NCBI GenBank assembly: GCA_000708835.1
Contig: DF237021.1
Coordinates: 1 to 64,000, forward strand
Direction of reading: 5' to 3'
Origin: Klebsormidium nitens
Lineage: Eukaryota > Plantae > Klebsormidiophyceae
Length of the DNA: 64,000 nt
Shown here piece by piece: positions 11,223 through 22,800 of this stretch. The notes under the pieces were generated by a model that worked only from the letters and a program-made list of their open reading frames with translations, was not told where the DNA came from and ran no database searches. Position 1 is the stretch's first letter. Every line of letters starts with the position of its first letter. The translations under genes and the position numbers were made by a program.

Positions 11223-13193
11223 CAATCAGCACACCTCTGAAGAGACTTGTGCAGCTTTGCGAAAGACTTTCAAGACTTTGGCCATGAAAACCCCAATGCT
11301 GCATTGAGCAAGTCAAGAGGTGGATTCGATGACACAATCAAAGGACGATCGCAGAAAGTTCACAGCCAATCAGGATGCTGGTCTACGCCAAAAGTCTAGA
11401 AGGTGGTTGTTCTCATCATTGACGCCATGCGCTTTGACTTTGCCACCCAACTTGAGCGCCTAGACCACCGTGACCAACCAAGAGGCCCCTGGGTGCGGCG
11501 GCTGCCAATCTTTAAGCGCCTTGTTGCTGAGAAAGGCGCTTCCGCTGCGCTCTCAGGCTCCCCTCAGGCTTCAAGTTTGTGGCAGACACTCGGACAACGT
11601 CCCTGCAGCGCCTCAAAGGGCTGACCACAGGGCCCGGGCTGCCAACCTTCATTTACATCGGGAACAGGTGTGGGCAATCTGCCACCTTGCTTGTTGTCAG
11701 GTCCCTTTGGTGATTGGCTCAATGGGCATGTTCTGTTTTCTTCTTTCTGGATTGTCACGCTGTCTCAACCGCACCCGTGGAGACTCTCTTCGCGTGATCA
11801 CATAGATGTCATTGACTGCCGCCGGCTAACTTACAGTGCCAGAGTCACTGTTACAGCAATTTGAGCAATGCTGCTGCCAATCCGCCAATCGCACTTTTAA
11901 GTAGCACGTCATGTATGTACATTGGTTTCATCCATTTTCTCCTGAAGGAGAAGACAGCTGACCAGTAGTCCCTGGTGCAAACGCTGAGTTTGCAAAGCCG
12001 TTGGTATAAGTGTGTGGCAGCTGAGCAGGGTGGCAGCAGACTGAGTGTGAGCTCCAGATTCTGTGGCGCTGGAGAAGTGTAAGCGTCACGAAACAGAAAC
12101 TCCCCGAGGTGTGGATATCGCACATTCTTGTGTCAGAGCCATACACATCGTGGTCGTGTACAACTTGTCACTACCATCCAGGGGCATGACAAGTGTGACA
12201 TGTGTACAATCCGGGCCCGGCATGGTTACACAACTTGTAAGCAAGGCCACATAGTCTGAGCATGCGTACCAGTGTGACACGACTTTGACACAAGCAGTGC
12301 GTAGATTTCAGAATGCACACCGTTCCCATATGCAGGAAGCACCCGACTTGTACATGTTCGATCCTAGCACTCAGGCCAGGCAGCCGGCTGCTGACCAAGT
12401 GGCGGACGTACCGTCGCGGCCGGCCCCTCGGCCCCGTGGCTGGTACCGTCGGTACCACCCGAGCTAGGTACCTAGATTACAGTAGGTACAAGTCGATCCC
12501 AAAGGTACCTACCGGACAGCATGCCCGCATATGACGGTGCAGGGAGTGTCCTAACCGCCGTGTCCCATTCTGACCACGTGATTCATCGGACGGCATATAA
12601 TGGCATTGCTCAGCATGAATCGACGGTCGATATTACTCGTTACAAACGGCGCAATGGTTGCATGAAGCTGGTTCAAAAGCTGCTAGACCTGTAGGACTAT
12701 GTATAGTCCTAGTTGACCAGCTAGCTGAGCACTAGGCTCTTTCAACTTTGCCTCTTCACCTCTTCCACTTCTGGTCAAAGCAGTCCGCCTGATCAGTGCA
12801 TGTATAGCTTCAATTGCTGGCGCCTAGTAAGAGTTCAAGGAAGCAGGGGTATGGGCATTACACCACAAAGAAAGGGGCCTGACCGATAGACCAAACTGTC
12901 CAATGTCAGATCGAGGCCCGTGAGAGGCATTGCAACTTTGATTAGAACTTTGATTAGAACTTTGTTGGCAGGATAGCAGAACCAATCATGATTCAGAGGT
13001 TTTCAAGGATGTGTAAAGATTACAGGGCACTGCCGGCCGCCTGGAATGCACAGCTGCCAAAGGGAGATGGCAAGTTCTTATATTTAGATACTTGAAAAGA
13101 GGTGAGCTCCAGAATCTTGTCAGCCTGTCAGCAACTGAATTTAGCATACAGGCAAACATTAGATAGGAAGATTGATAATGGACTCTTCTAAAG

Positions 13194-14541
13194 GAGAGAG
13201 TACTAATGGGCCGTGAACATATACAAGTTTATCACTTTCATCATAATATTGCATATATATATAGGTGCAATCATATACATCTTCCTCATACTACCATATA
13301 CCCCATATACCCCCCTTTCAAAGCATTCACCATCATCAATCCCCCTTAGGTCCCAAGACCCCCTATACTCCTATTTCAAAGCCTTCGTCATCATCAATCC
13401 CCTTTAGGTCCCGGGACCCCCTATACCCCTATTTCAAAGCCTTCGTCATCATCAATTCCCCTTGGGTCCCGGGACCCCCTATACACCCATTTCAAAGCCT
13501 TCATCATCATCAATCCCCCTTGGGTCCCGGGCGCCCCTATACCCCTATTTCAAAGCCTTCATCATCATCAATTCCCCTTGGGTCCCGGGACCCTCTATAC
13601 ACCATTTCAAAGCATTCATCATCATCAATTCCTCTTGGATCCCGGGACCCCTTATCCCCCCATTTCAAAGCATTCATCATCAACATTTTTTTCCTGTCCC
13701 GAACCCCCTATACACCCGTTTCACTGCGATCATCATCATCTTTCTGTCTTGGAGGTCCCGGGAGCCCATACACCACCGTTTCACTGCGGTCATCATCATC
13801 ATTCTGTCTTGGGAGTCCGGCCCGGGATTATCGGGACCCCCTATACCCCCGATTCAAAGCCATCATCATCATAATTCTGTCTTGGCGTCCCATGATCCCC
13901 TATACCCCCGTTTCATAGCCTTCAGCATCATCGCTTTCCTTATCGGAATCCGCCGTAGGGCCAAATCGATGATAATGAACGGGTTGAAGTATAGTATAAA
14001 GGCCCAAGCATCAGCCCCTCCCCCCTTTCCCCCTTTATCTTGAACACTTCATCATCATTATTTTCTATAAAATTCCGCCATAGGCCAAATCGATGATGAT
14101 GAACGGGTTGAAGTATGATATAAAGGCCCAAGCATCAGCCCCTCCCCCCTTCCCCCCTTATCTTTCTCTTTGAATCATCATCATTTGAGTATGTAAGCAT
14201 ATGTGATGATGATGAAGACTTTGAATCGAGTATATAGGGGTAGACAAAAGCCGTCTAAGTACAATTGATGATGATGAACTTAGTGAACTAGCTCTATATA
14301 AGGGTCGAAAACCAACTCAGGGGAATTGATGATGATGAACCAAGTGAATGGAGGGTATAGCAGATTGATTTGGCTTGTGGTTACGCTGACAAGCTGTGTA
14401 ACCCGGATTTCACAATGAATATTGATTTTATTTTTTATTTTCTTAATAAATTTACTGTGAAAAACCCTAAAAATTATAATGATGATGAAAATGACAATGA
14501 ATGTCTAATCTTGTAATCCTTTATTCCCCATTGGTACTTCC
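13194..14541. mobile_element. Foldback/Mutator-like non-autonomous element with tandem-repeat arms
   Basis: A 10-bp direct repeat TCTTCTAAAG flanks it (13184-13193, 14542-14551). Degenerate inverted termini AGTACTAATGGG / CCCATTGGTACT. The left arm is a 58-bp tandem array. The right arm has diverged copies of the unit in inverted orientation (GATGATGATGAA...TGAA...TATA at ~13967, 14092, 14205, 14267, 14328, 14478). Confidence 0.7.
13300..13930. repeat. 58-bp tandem array, ~11 units
   Basis: TTTCAAAGC recurs at ~13316, 13374, 13432, 13490, 13548, 13605 and 13663, with diverged units out to ~13911. Consensus TTTCAAAGCCTTCATCATCATCAATTCCCCTTGGGTCCCGGGACCCCCTATACCCCTA, containing the 14-bp palindrome GGGTCCCGGGACCC. 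Confidence 0.95.
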
Positions 14542-16839
14542 TCTTCTAAAGTTATTTGGGGTCTGCAAATCTGGACATACTGGACATAGGTCAGTTTGCA
14601 CCTAAGCTGAGCAGACCGTCACCATTGCATGCGATGTCTGGAGCTCCCTTTGGGGATTCTAGGGAGTCATCTATCAATTTCACTCAATTGCAGTGTCCAA
14701 GTCAAAAACTATTGCTTTTCTACCACATACATTTGTTCAGCAGGTGACCAGCCAGTAAACTTTGAAGCGGCTGATTGATGCTTGAAATTTTGATGTTTAA
14801 GTTGATAATCAAGCCAGAATTGAGGTGCTGCAAATTGCATAGGCTTGATTGTTGCAAAAAGTTTCTTGAAGCTGGCTGAAGTACTTTATGTGGTTCATCA
14901 GTTGCTTTCATCTTGGTGTCTAGGGATGTGTTCGAAAAAATTGCTGAAACGTGTCAGCTCGGAGCCTCTTAGTATTCAACCATTCATGTCAAGTTTTGTG
15001 GGGCAATTCAAATCTGCCAGCGAAGCTTTCTCTTTCAAGCTCCAGCTATAGAACAACAGCTGATCAACCTAGGGTCAGTAGGGTTAGGTGGAGGTCTCTG
15101 GTGGATCTGCAAAGCTCACACAGTGCTAACAAGATTTTCTTTGGCCTCATGCAGATCATGTAGTGGATTTTGCTAGGTGGTCTTGAAGCATCAAAGCATG
15201 GTAGTCATTCAAGCTTGAGCGCTTCGAGTTCTAACTTGATGGTGCTTTTCAGTGCCAATTGTCAAGCACAGCCAGCTTATCGGCTTCTTGAAGTCGCAGA
15301 TTGACCCATTTCAAGTGCATGCTAAAACCATGCCAAGATGATATTACCTCCATACATCAGCATACATGCTCGATACGAGCTCAATCCATAAGCAGGGGCA
15401 AGTGACTTGCAACGCACAAGGAATGTATCAAAGACGCACAATCTGGGCTCCCATCCTGTGCACCATGTGCACAGCAAATGCATGGTCAAAGCATGCTGCA
15501 CCATACCCTCTGTGTGTGGTACACGACCGTGTATCCGCCATGTATAAATCAGCAAATCCCCAATACACGGTTGCTTCATGTACCACAGCGTACGATGATG
15601 ATACCGGAATGTACAAAAATGACACCATGTATGTACCACGGCAAGTTTTGTGACGAGCCAACCGAGCATTCATTCAAGTGCATTGTTGGACTCAAACTTG
15701 AGTCAAAGGCACTGTCTGGTCACAACCGCTCACAACGTGATCATAAGCTATGATCGTGCACAGAGCGTCTGGGGCTTGTCTGGGTCCGTCAATTATTGCC
15801 TGGTCGTCAGTTGTCGTCCATCGACGCCGTGACCGACGCATCGAAGCTAGGCCAAACCGGGCACTTCGTCATGCTCGGGGATCCCTCTTGAAGACAACTC
15901 GAATCGACGGTTCACGGAAGGACGGCCTTGACACGGACGGCCGCGATGAAAACCCTGGGTTGGGTGGGACTCGGGATTGTAGTAGGTAGTAGCCTCGCGC
16001 CGCCCCGCGCGGCGGCCAAGCTGATCATGAGGCCAGCCGGTGCGCCCGGCCGCGACTTCTGCCGACCAAACCTCGCGGCCGGCAGGGCGGCAACTTTTGT
16101 CTGCACTGTCGTCGGCGTGTTGGATGACGGCGTTTCGAGAACGGTCGATAAGTTGGCGACTCGCTTCATCTGACGGTCGATCGACGATCACGTGGTCATA
16201 CCATTAAAGTACGCGGCCGCGCGACGTCGTACAGCTAAAGCTATACTGTAGGCGTATGATGGAATGATGTGCTTGACGTCATGCGAAGGTATGAAACTTA
16301 CTGTAGAAAGGCCCCATATAACTGCATGCACCGAGTCTCCGTGTGCCGAGGTTGCATGCACGAATCTGCATGCAGGGCTTGGCATGGAGCGAGTCGGACC
16401 CTAGCCTCTGGCCCAGAGTCTGGGCAAGGTTCGAGTTACCCGAGCAATCTTCCAGCTATAGGAACAGTCTCGCAAAGAGCTTTCTGCATGCGCTCCCGGT
16501 TGCGACCATTGGCATCTCTCCAAGGCGGTAGAATCGCTGGATTCTTTATGTGTCAAGCGAACGAAAAGCCTTCGCGTAGGAGTACCTATCGGTTTGACCA
16601 CCTTGATCAGCGCGCAATCTGATTCATTTGCTTTTAGCAGCTGACTTTAGGGGCGATAGACTTCTGAAAATCGTCTGCGATCGATCGAAGCGATTCTCGT
16701 TTTGTACATCCAGCGTCTCCATATGAATTGAGCTCAGAAAGTATCTCTAGAAAAGCCGAGTGGCGCGCTAGGGGCTAAGGAAGGCCCGTTTATAAGAAGA
16801 CACTTTCTATTTATCGATCCTACTTCCCTCCAAGCAGGC

Positions 16840-19800
16840 ATGGCGTCTAATTTGCTTGGAGACCTGGCAAACCTGCTCTTCACCTTTGTTTTGTATCCTC
16901 TGGGGATTCTCAATCTGCTGTGGCTTGCCCCCCTAGTGGCAATCTGGCGCTCAACCTGGTATCTCCTGAAGCCTAAGACAAAAGTCAAGGGCAAGGTGGT
17001 AGTTGTCACTGGCGCGTCATCAGGCATCGGAGAGGTTAGTTGAGAGACTACAATGTTGATATCTGCACATCTTTGGAGCTTGCAGACGCCTGTGGTTTGC
17101 CGGAGCAGGACTCTTTTTAGCAACTTTCAAGAACAGGTTTCAGCTACTGAGATCTCATGGTTGAGTTTCGCTTTGCATGTTGGTGGTGTTCTATGAGGCT
17201 GCTGTTACAAAGTCATCAAGTATTTTGGATATTTCGGACTTGCTCGAGCCACAGGGCTTGATCGGAAGCTTCGCTGGCAGACTCGCTCACTGGGCGTTTG
17301 AGGTTTTGATAGGCGCTAAATATTCTGAAGCAATCTGGTCCAATGGAGAAATGTTGGGTGTCTAGCTGGTGGCATGGTTTTTTATAGTAGGCGCAGACCT
17401 TTTTTCAGCCCTGTGATGATAAGCTGGAGGGTTCAGTTACAATGAAGGACTAGGCTGGTTGAATAAAGATGCTTTGTCTTGTTCTAATCAGAAATACCTA
17501 AGAGGTTTTTAGCGACCTTGAAAAAGGACTGAGGTTACAATCCTCTTGAAGCTGACTTGAAGAGGCTGGCAGCTTGATGCAGTTGAGAATGTATATCATC
17601 GTTGCTTCGAAAAATCATACTCAGTGGCGTCGGAATTCCCTTCCCAAGATGAGTCTCATCTCTCATGCAATTGTGATTGTCATTGTTAGTCAGAACCTGA
17701 TCGATTTTCTATCCTACACTGTTTGCTTCTAATATCGCTGCAATAAAACAGATTGCTTGTCGACATAGACAAACTAAGCAGCAACTTGAGCAAGGGATGC
17801 CAAATGAAAATAATCCTGATATATGAGCCTTGAGAAGTCGACTTTCTCTTGCTTTGACTGACGGCTCATGACGACTTTTTGGTTCGAAGCACAATGCCTG
17901 AAACGCAATTAAGTGCAAGTCAATGCAAGTAGGTGCATTTTAACTTCGTTCCTTTAGTGTGTCTGACCCCATGCGGTCCGCAAGCATCAAGGTTTGGCGC
18001 CTCATCCGTCCTTTTATTTCTCACTCGCCGACCTCATGCGTAAAAAAAATTGCCTGACCTAGTGCATCAACCTCATGCTCAAAACAGGGCGCTCTATAGT
18101 CCAGGAGGCTTCCCAAAAGCATTACTCTCACTTCCACTCTAGTCTTGCCCCACATACATGTGACTGCAATTGGGTGCGTTTTACAGTTCAACAGACTTCC
18201 ATATGACTCTGTTGGACGCCTCCTACTTCGATGTGTTCTCCTGAATCTCCTAGACGCCATCCATTCTTTTCTTTTGCTGACGTCATCTGTTTCCCGATTT
18301 CCAGCACATCGAAGTTGATTCCTCAAAATCGCGGCCCAAAGCCGGTGATTGGGCGTGGCGCGAGGAGCGTCTGCAGAGCGTTGCTGGTTCCCTTGAGTTC
18401 TGTCGACGCCTCCCCTCATTTTCTTCCGCACCTAACCTTTGCTGCGTTATCGGTCATTTTCTTCCGCAGCGCATCGCTTTCTCGAGTTTGCGAAGTGCAA
18501 CGCGAAGGTAGTGCTTGCCGCACGGCGAAAAAGAGCTCAGCAGCCTCGAAACATTCAACAAGTTCAGACGCCTTCACTTCTAAATCGTCTCCCTCAGCCG
18601 GGCTCACATTTTTTTTTCTCTGCTGACGTCATCTATCCTCCCTCAGCACATTGCGTTCGAGTTCGCCAAGCTCGGCGCGAAACTAGTGCTTGTGGCGCGG
18701 CGGGAAGAGCTTGGCGGCCTCGAAAGTCACACTCAACAAATGCAGACGCCTTAAATTTCAAATGGTCTCCTTTCAGCCCGGCTCACATTCTTCGTTCTGT
18801 GCTGACGTCATCTATTCTTTCCGCAGCACATTGCGTTCGAGTTCGCCAAGCTCGGCGCGAAGCTGGTGCTTGCGGCCCGGCGCGAGGACCGGCTGCAGAG
18901 CGTCGCGGAAATTTGCCAGCAGCTGGGCAGCCCGAACGTCGAAGTCGTGCAAGCGGACGTCCGAAAGGAGGACGACTGCAAGAAAATCATCGACCATGCC
19001 ATCCAGAAGTTTGACAGACGTGAGTTTCACTCTTGGGACACTCTCAATTCTACTTTGTCTCTAGTCTCTTGGGAAGAAACTCCCGGAATGTCGAAGTAAT
19101 GCAAGCGAACGTCCGAAAGGGGACGTCCGAAAGGGGGACGGCTGCAAGAACATCATCGACCATGCCATCCAGAGATTTGACAGACGTGAGTTTCTAGCAG
19201 AAAACATTTCCAGTTTATGTAATTACTGGTGACAAACCCCCCGCAGTGTTCGAAGCGGTGCAAGCGGATGTCCGAGAGCAAGACGACTGCAAGAAGACTT
19301 TCGCCATGCAATCCAGAATGAACCGACGTAGGTCTCTAGCTTGATTTCCTCGACGTCACTGGGTTTGAGGGGGGAATGCCCGTTGAGCAGCGCGCTGGAC
19401 AATCCCTAGACAGCACTTTGAGAACGGACCGTCGAACCTGCGCCCACAAACTGACACGAGAGGGACTACTTCGTGATCATCGGCTTTGCCGTTTCGACGT
19501 TTCCGGGGTTGTTGATCCGGGGTTTTTGTGATGAGTGATGCTCAGTCCAGGCGTCCGAGTCAATCCATTCAAGGAGCGCCGTTGTCCTTCTAATAACGAT
19601 AGAGATTGTCCTTATGAGAACGATCCCTATCGAAACGAGCCCTGCCAGCCAATCTAGAAAGTCCTCCTTATTTCTGGAAAGTGCTTAATCAGTCTCCTCC
19701 AGTTGTTCAAACGGAGGTCTGGTCTGTGCCAACTTTAGAGTCGGAGAGATGTAGTTCGCTCTGCTGGTAACATGAATGCAAACGGCAGTTTCCTTCCATT

Positions 19801-22800
19801 TTCCGCTAGCTTCGTTCTTACTTGTCGTCGCTGTCGAACTGGCCCCTGTTCCCAACAATCCTCTCATCGTATCCAACTTTTGGTGGCCTCAAAACCTCAT
19901 ATACATTCTCGGGAACCAAACCGAGCACTAGAGTGGTATCAGCCGAGCACATCCCAGAAATAAACCGAGCACTAACCTAAGCCCTCGCCTCTCTGGCAGT
20001 CGACATTTTCGTCATTAACGCGGGCGTGGCCCACTCTTTCTGGCATCGCCCGCCCTTTTCTCGTCCGCCCCATAATATTCTGAGCGAAACATCCCATTCA
20101 ACCCTCACAATAACCCGCGGGCTGACCAAGTCTCTCCCCCTACTCCCCCAGTCGACATTTTGGTCAATAACGCGGGAGTCGCCCACTTGTTCCTGGCGAG
20201 CGCCGCCCCCAACTTCAGCCTGGAGAGCGCCAAGGAAGTAATGGACACCACGTTCTGGGGCCACGTGCACGCGACCCACTACGCGCTGCCGCACCTCAAG
20301 GCGACCAACGGACAGCTGCTCAACATCGTCTCGGTCGCCTCGTACATCCCGTACCCGCGCCAGGCTTTTTACAACGTAAGCCGAAGCCACAAACGACTGG
20401 TTATCTATTTCTGGTGAAGCTCGAGCTTATATCCACCTCAAAGGCTACAAAACATTTTACCTCTTAAGAGGTTTCTTGGTTGCCTAATGAAACTCTCGTA
20501 GCCCTTGGACTTTCTGGTTAACGTGTCAAAACATAGGCCCACCAAATTTTGACTACGCCGTTGCAGTGAGGCCCACAACAGTCTGCAACTTTGACGAGAT
20601 CAGATTTTCAGGCCACGCAATCCGAAGAACGTGGCGCTCTGCTACTTACACTCATGCGTGCAGATACGGGCAATTTAATTGAGACACTGTCAAGACACTC
20701 TGAGCCGATCTTAGCGGGATCTTTTGGAAAATTATGTTGAGCGCCTGTTCAGGTTGGCAACTAGGTAGCTCTGGACCCTTAGACCTGTGAAGCGGTGGAG
20801 GGGCAGAGCTTGAGAATGATCAACCCGTTTCCATACCGAGCAGTTCGATCACACGCGCTAACCTAGCTTCTAAATCTGGTTTTGCGGCCGCGAAGCACGC
20901 GGCGCTGGGCTCCTTCGACCCGCTGCGCGGGGAGGTGGGCGGCACTGTCAAGGGGGCAGATTACTGTAGCACTGGGCCAATAACTTGCTTCCTCAAAAAT
21001 CTGCTACTAACCATTTTCGCAACCTTGTCCTTAACCCTCTTTTGCAGGCGGCGAAACAAGCGGCGCTGGGCTTCTTTGACACGCTTTCCCACAGGCGGGC
21101 AGCACTGTTTGTGGGTAGTCAGCACTCAACAGCTCCGTGACCCAAGGTCCTAAACCCCCGCTAACCCAGCCTTAATCCTCATTTCCAGGCGGCGAAACAC
21201 GCGGCGCTGGGTTTCTTCGACACGCTGCGCGCGGAGGCGGGCAGCACTCGTTTTGTGGATAGATTGCACTCATTTTCTCCGTGACCCAAGGTCCTAACCG
21301 TCCGCTAACCCAGCCTTAAACCCTATTTTCAGGCGGCGAAGCACGCGGCGCTGGGTTTCTTCGACACGTTGCGCGCGGAGGCGGGCAGCCGCATCACGGT
21401 GACCAACGTGCTGCCCGGCTGGGTGGCGTCAGAGATGACGGAGGGCAAGCTGCTCAACACCGACGACAAGCCCGCCTGGGACACCGGCCTGCGCGATGTG
21501 AGCTGTCCTTTTCAGGGTTAAGGACCTTAACCAAAAAAAGGGAAGCCGCTTTTATGTTGGTATGAAGGAGTTCCCAAAAATGAAGCTACGGCTTCTCTCT
21601 GATCAGCAGAGCAATTTGGAGGCAAGCTGCTGGAGGCAAACAAACTTTCGCAGAGGGTTGCAACAACCATTCGAACTTGGAAGAGTCTGGTTTCTATGTC
21701 AACCAGCGTAACGGTTGTGATTGGCGGTTGTTTGTCGAAATTGTCAAAAACCCTTTTGATGAGCGATTGGCCAAAGGAAGTTGTGGCTGACAGAAAATCT
21801 TAAGCCGTCGGAAGTTGTGAGCGATCTTTGGGGTTCAATAACCAGCTTTGAATCCATTGGAAGACTTTCTGGCGAGCACCACCTGTCTTGACACGGATGG
21901 CAAGCTCAAACTGCTTACGGTGATAACGAGAGTCGTTGACCTTTTTGACTCTCTTTATCGTTCCGATAAAGATTGACGTGCAACGTGCGACGCGCATCAA
22001 GAATTCTTTGTCTGTGGGACCCGACTGAGAACCGTTTCCTTCTTCAGTTGATTGTTTTCCTGCGCCATCTGGGCAACCAGGCGCTGAACTTGACGTAGGC
22101 CGCACACTCTGGCATCAGGGGCTTGCAACGATCCGGATTTCAATCAGTTCCGCTGACATTTCTGTGTTGCATTCCGCTGAGACAAGCTTCCGTTCCGTCT
22201 TGGCAGGAGCACGTGGGCCCCTGGCCGGTTCTGCCGACGACCGACCTGGCCAAGCTCGCCGTCCACACCGCGCTCAAGCGCGAGCGCAACGTCATCGTGC
22301 CCCTCTGGTGAGCCGCAGTGACCTCAGCTAGGACAGATCGTAGGAGTTCAATTGATTTGAGGACACCTGAAATCGTTTCAGCGGAGTGGCATTCCTTTTG
22401 AAGGTCGATGATACGGAGTAGAGCGTCGTATAAGGCGGTCTGACAAGCTTGAGCGGGAGAACTGCGTGAAAAATTTGCAAATGGAAAGGGCTTGGTGCTT
22501 GCCTTGTGACTGCCGAAGGCTTTGTTGGACCCGGAAACCGGTTTACAACACTCAAGAATTGGCTGCTGTTAGCGTTGACCCTGTGCTTTTGTGAGGTGCT
22601 CGTTTTGTAACTTCGACCGTTGAGAATGGAGTTTGTTTGAGTCGAGTGGGGAACGTTTCTAGAGTCGACTCGGAAGCGTTCCAGTGATCGACGAGGGTCG
22701 TTTCGTCGATCTTTTGAAAGCTTCACAGTTGAGGTCTGGATCGAACAAGACGTTTTGCCAGGCTTTCGTCAGGCGCTAGTACGTTTTCTAGGGACAGGTG

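Larger units (their letters stand above)
10380..11668 (+). pseudogene. PIGO: GPI ethanolamine phosphate transferase (PIG-O/Gpi13-like) 5' fragment, pseudogene
   Basis: The 5' part reads VILWFFALHVVGLLIFTNGFLLTRVE...YSGC. After the LTR the same frame gives GCWSTPKV*KVVVLIIDAMRFDF. A frameshift then leads to FKFVADTRTTSLQRLKGLTTGPGLPTFIYIG, with a GT donor at ~11669. In-frame stops at ~11238 and 11397. No downstream exons recognised. Confidence 0.85.

Noticed and set aside
12047-13113. 12-bp direct repeat GTGAGCTCCAGA as a possible TSD around a GTAC/TGTGACA-rich segment
   Set aside because: No terminal structure inside the repeats, so it could be chance or old homology.
13300-13930. CRISPR-like array (regular palindromic repeats)
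   Set aside because: The units are contiguous near-identical 58-mers with no unique spacers, there are no cas genes, and the context is eukaryotic.
13265-14043. 217-aa and 193-aa ORFs
   Set aside because: They are translations of the tandem repeat (SSSSIP/HHHQ periodicity), with no evidence of real coding.
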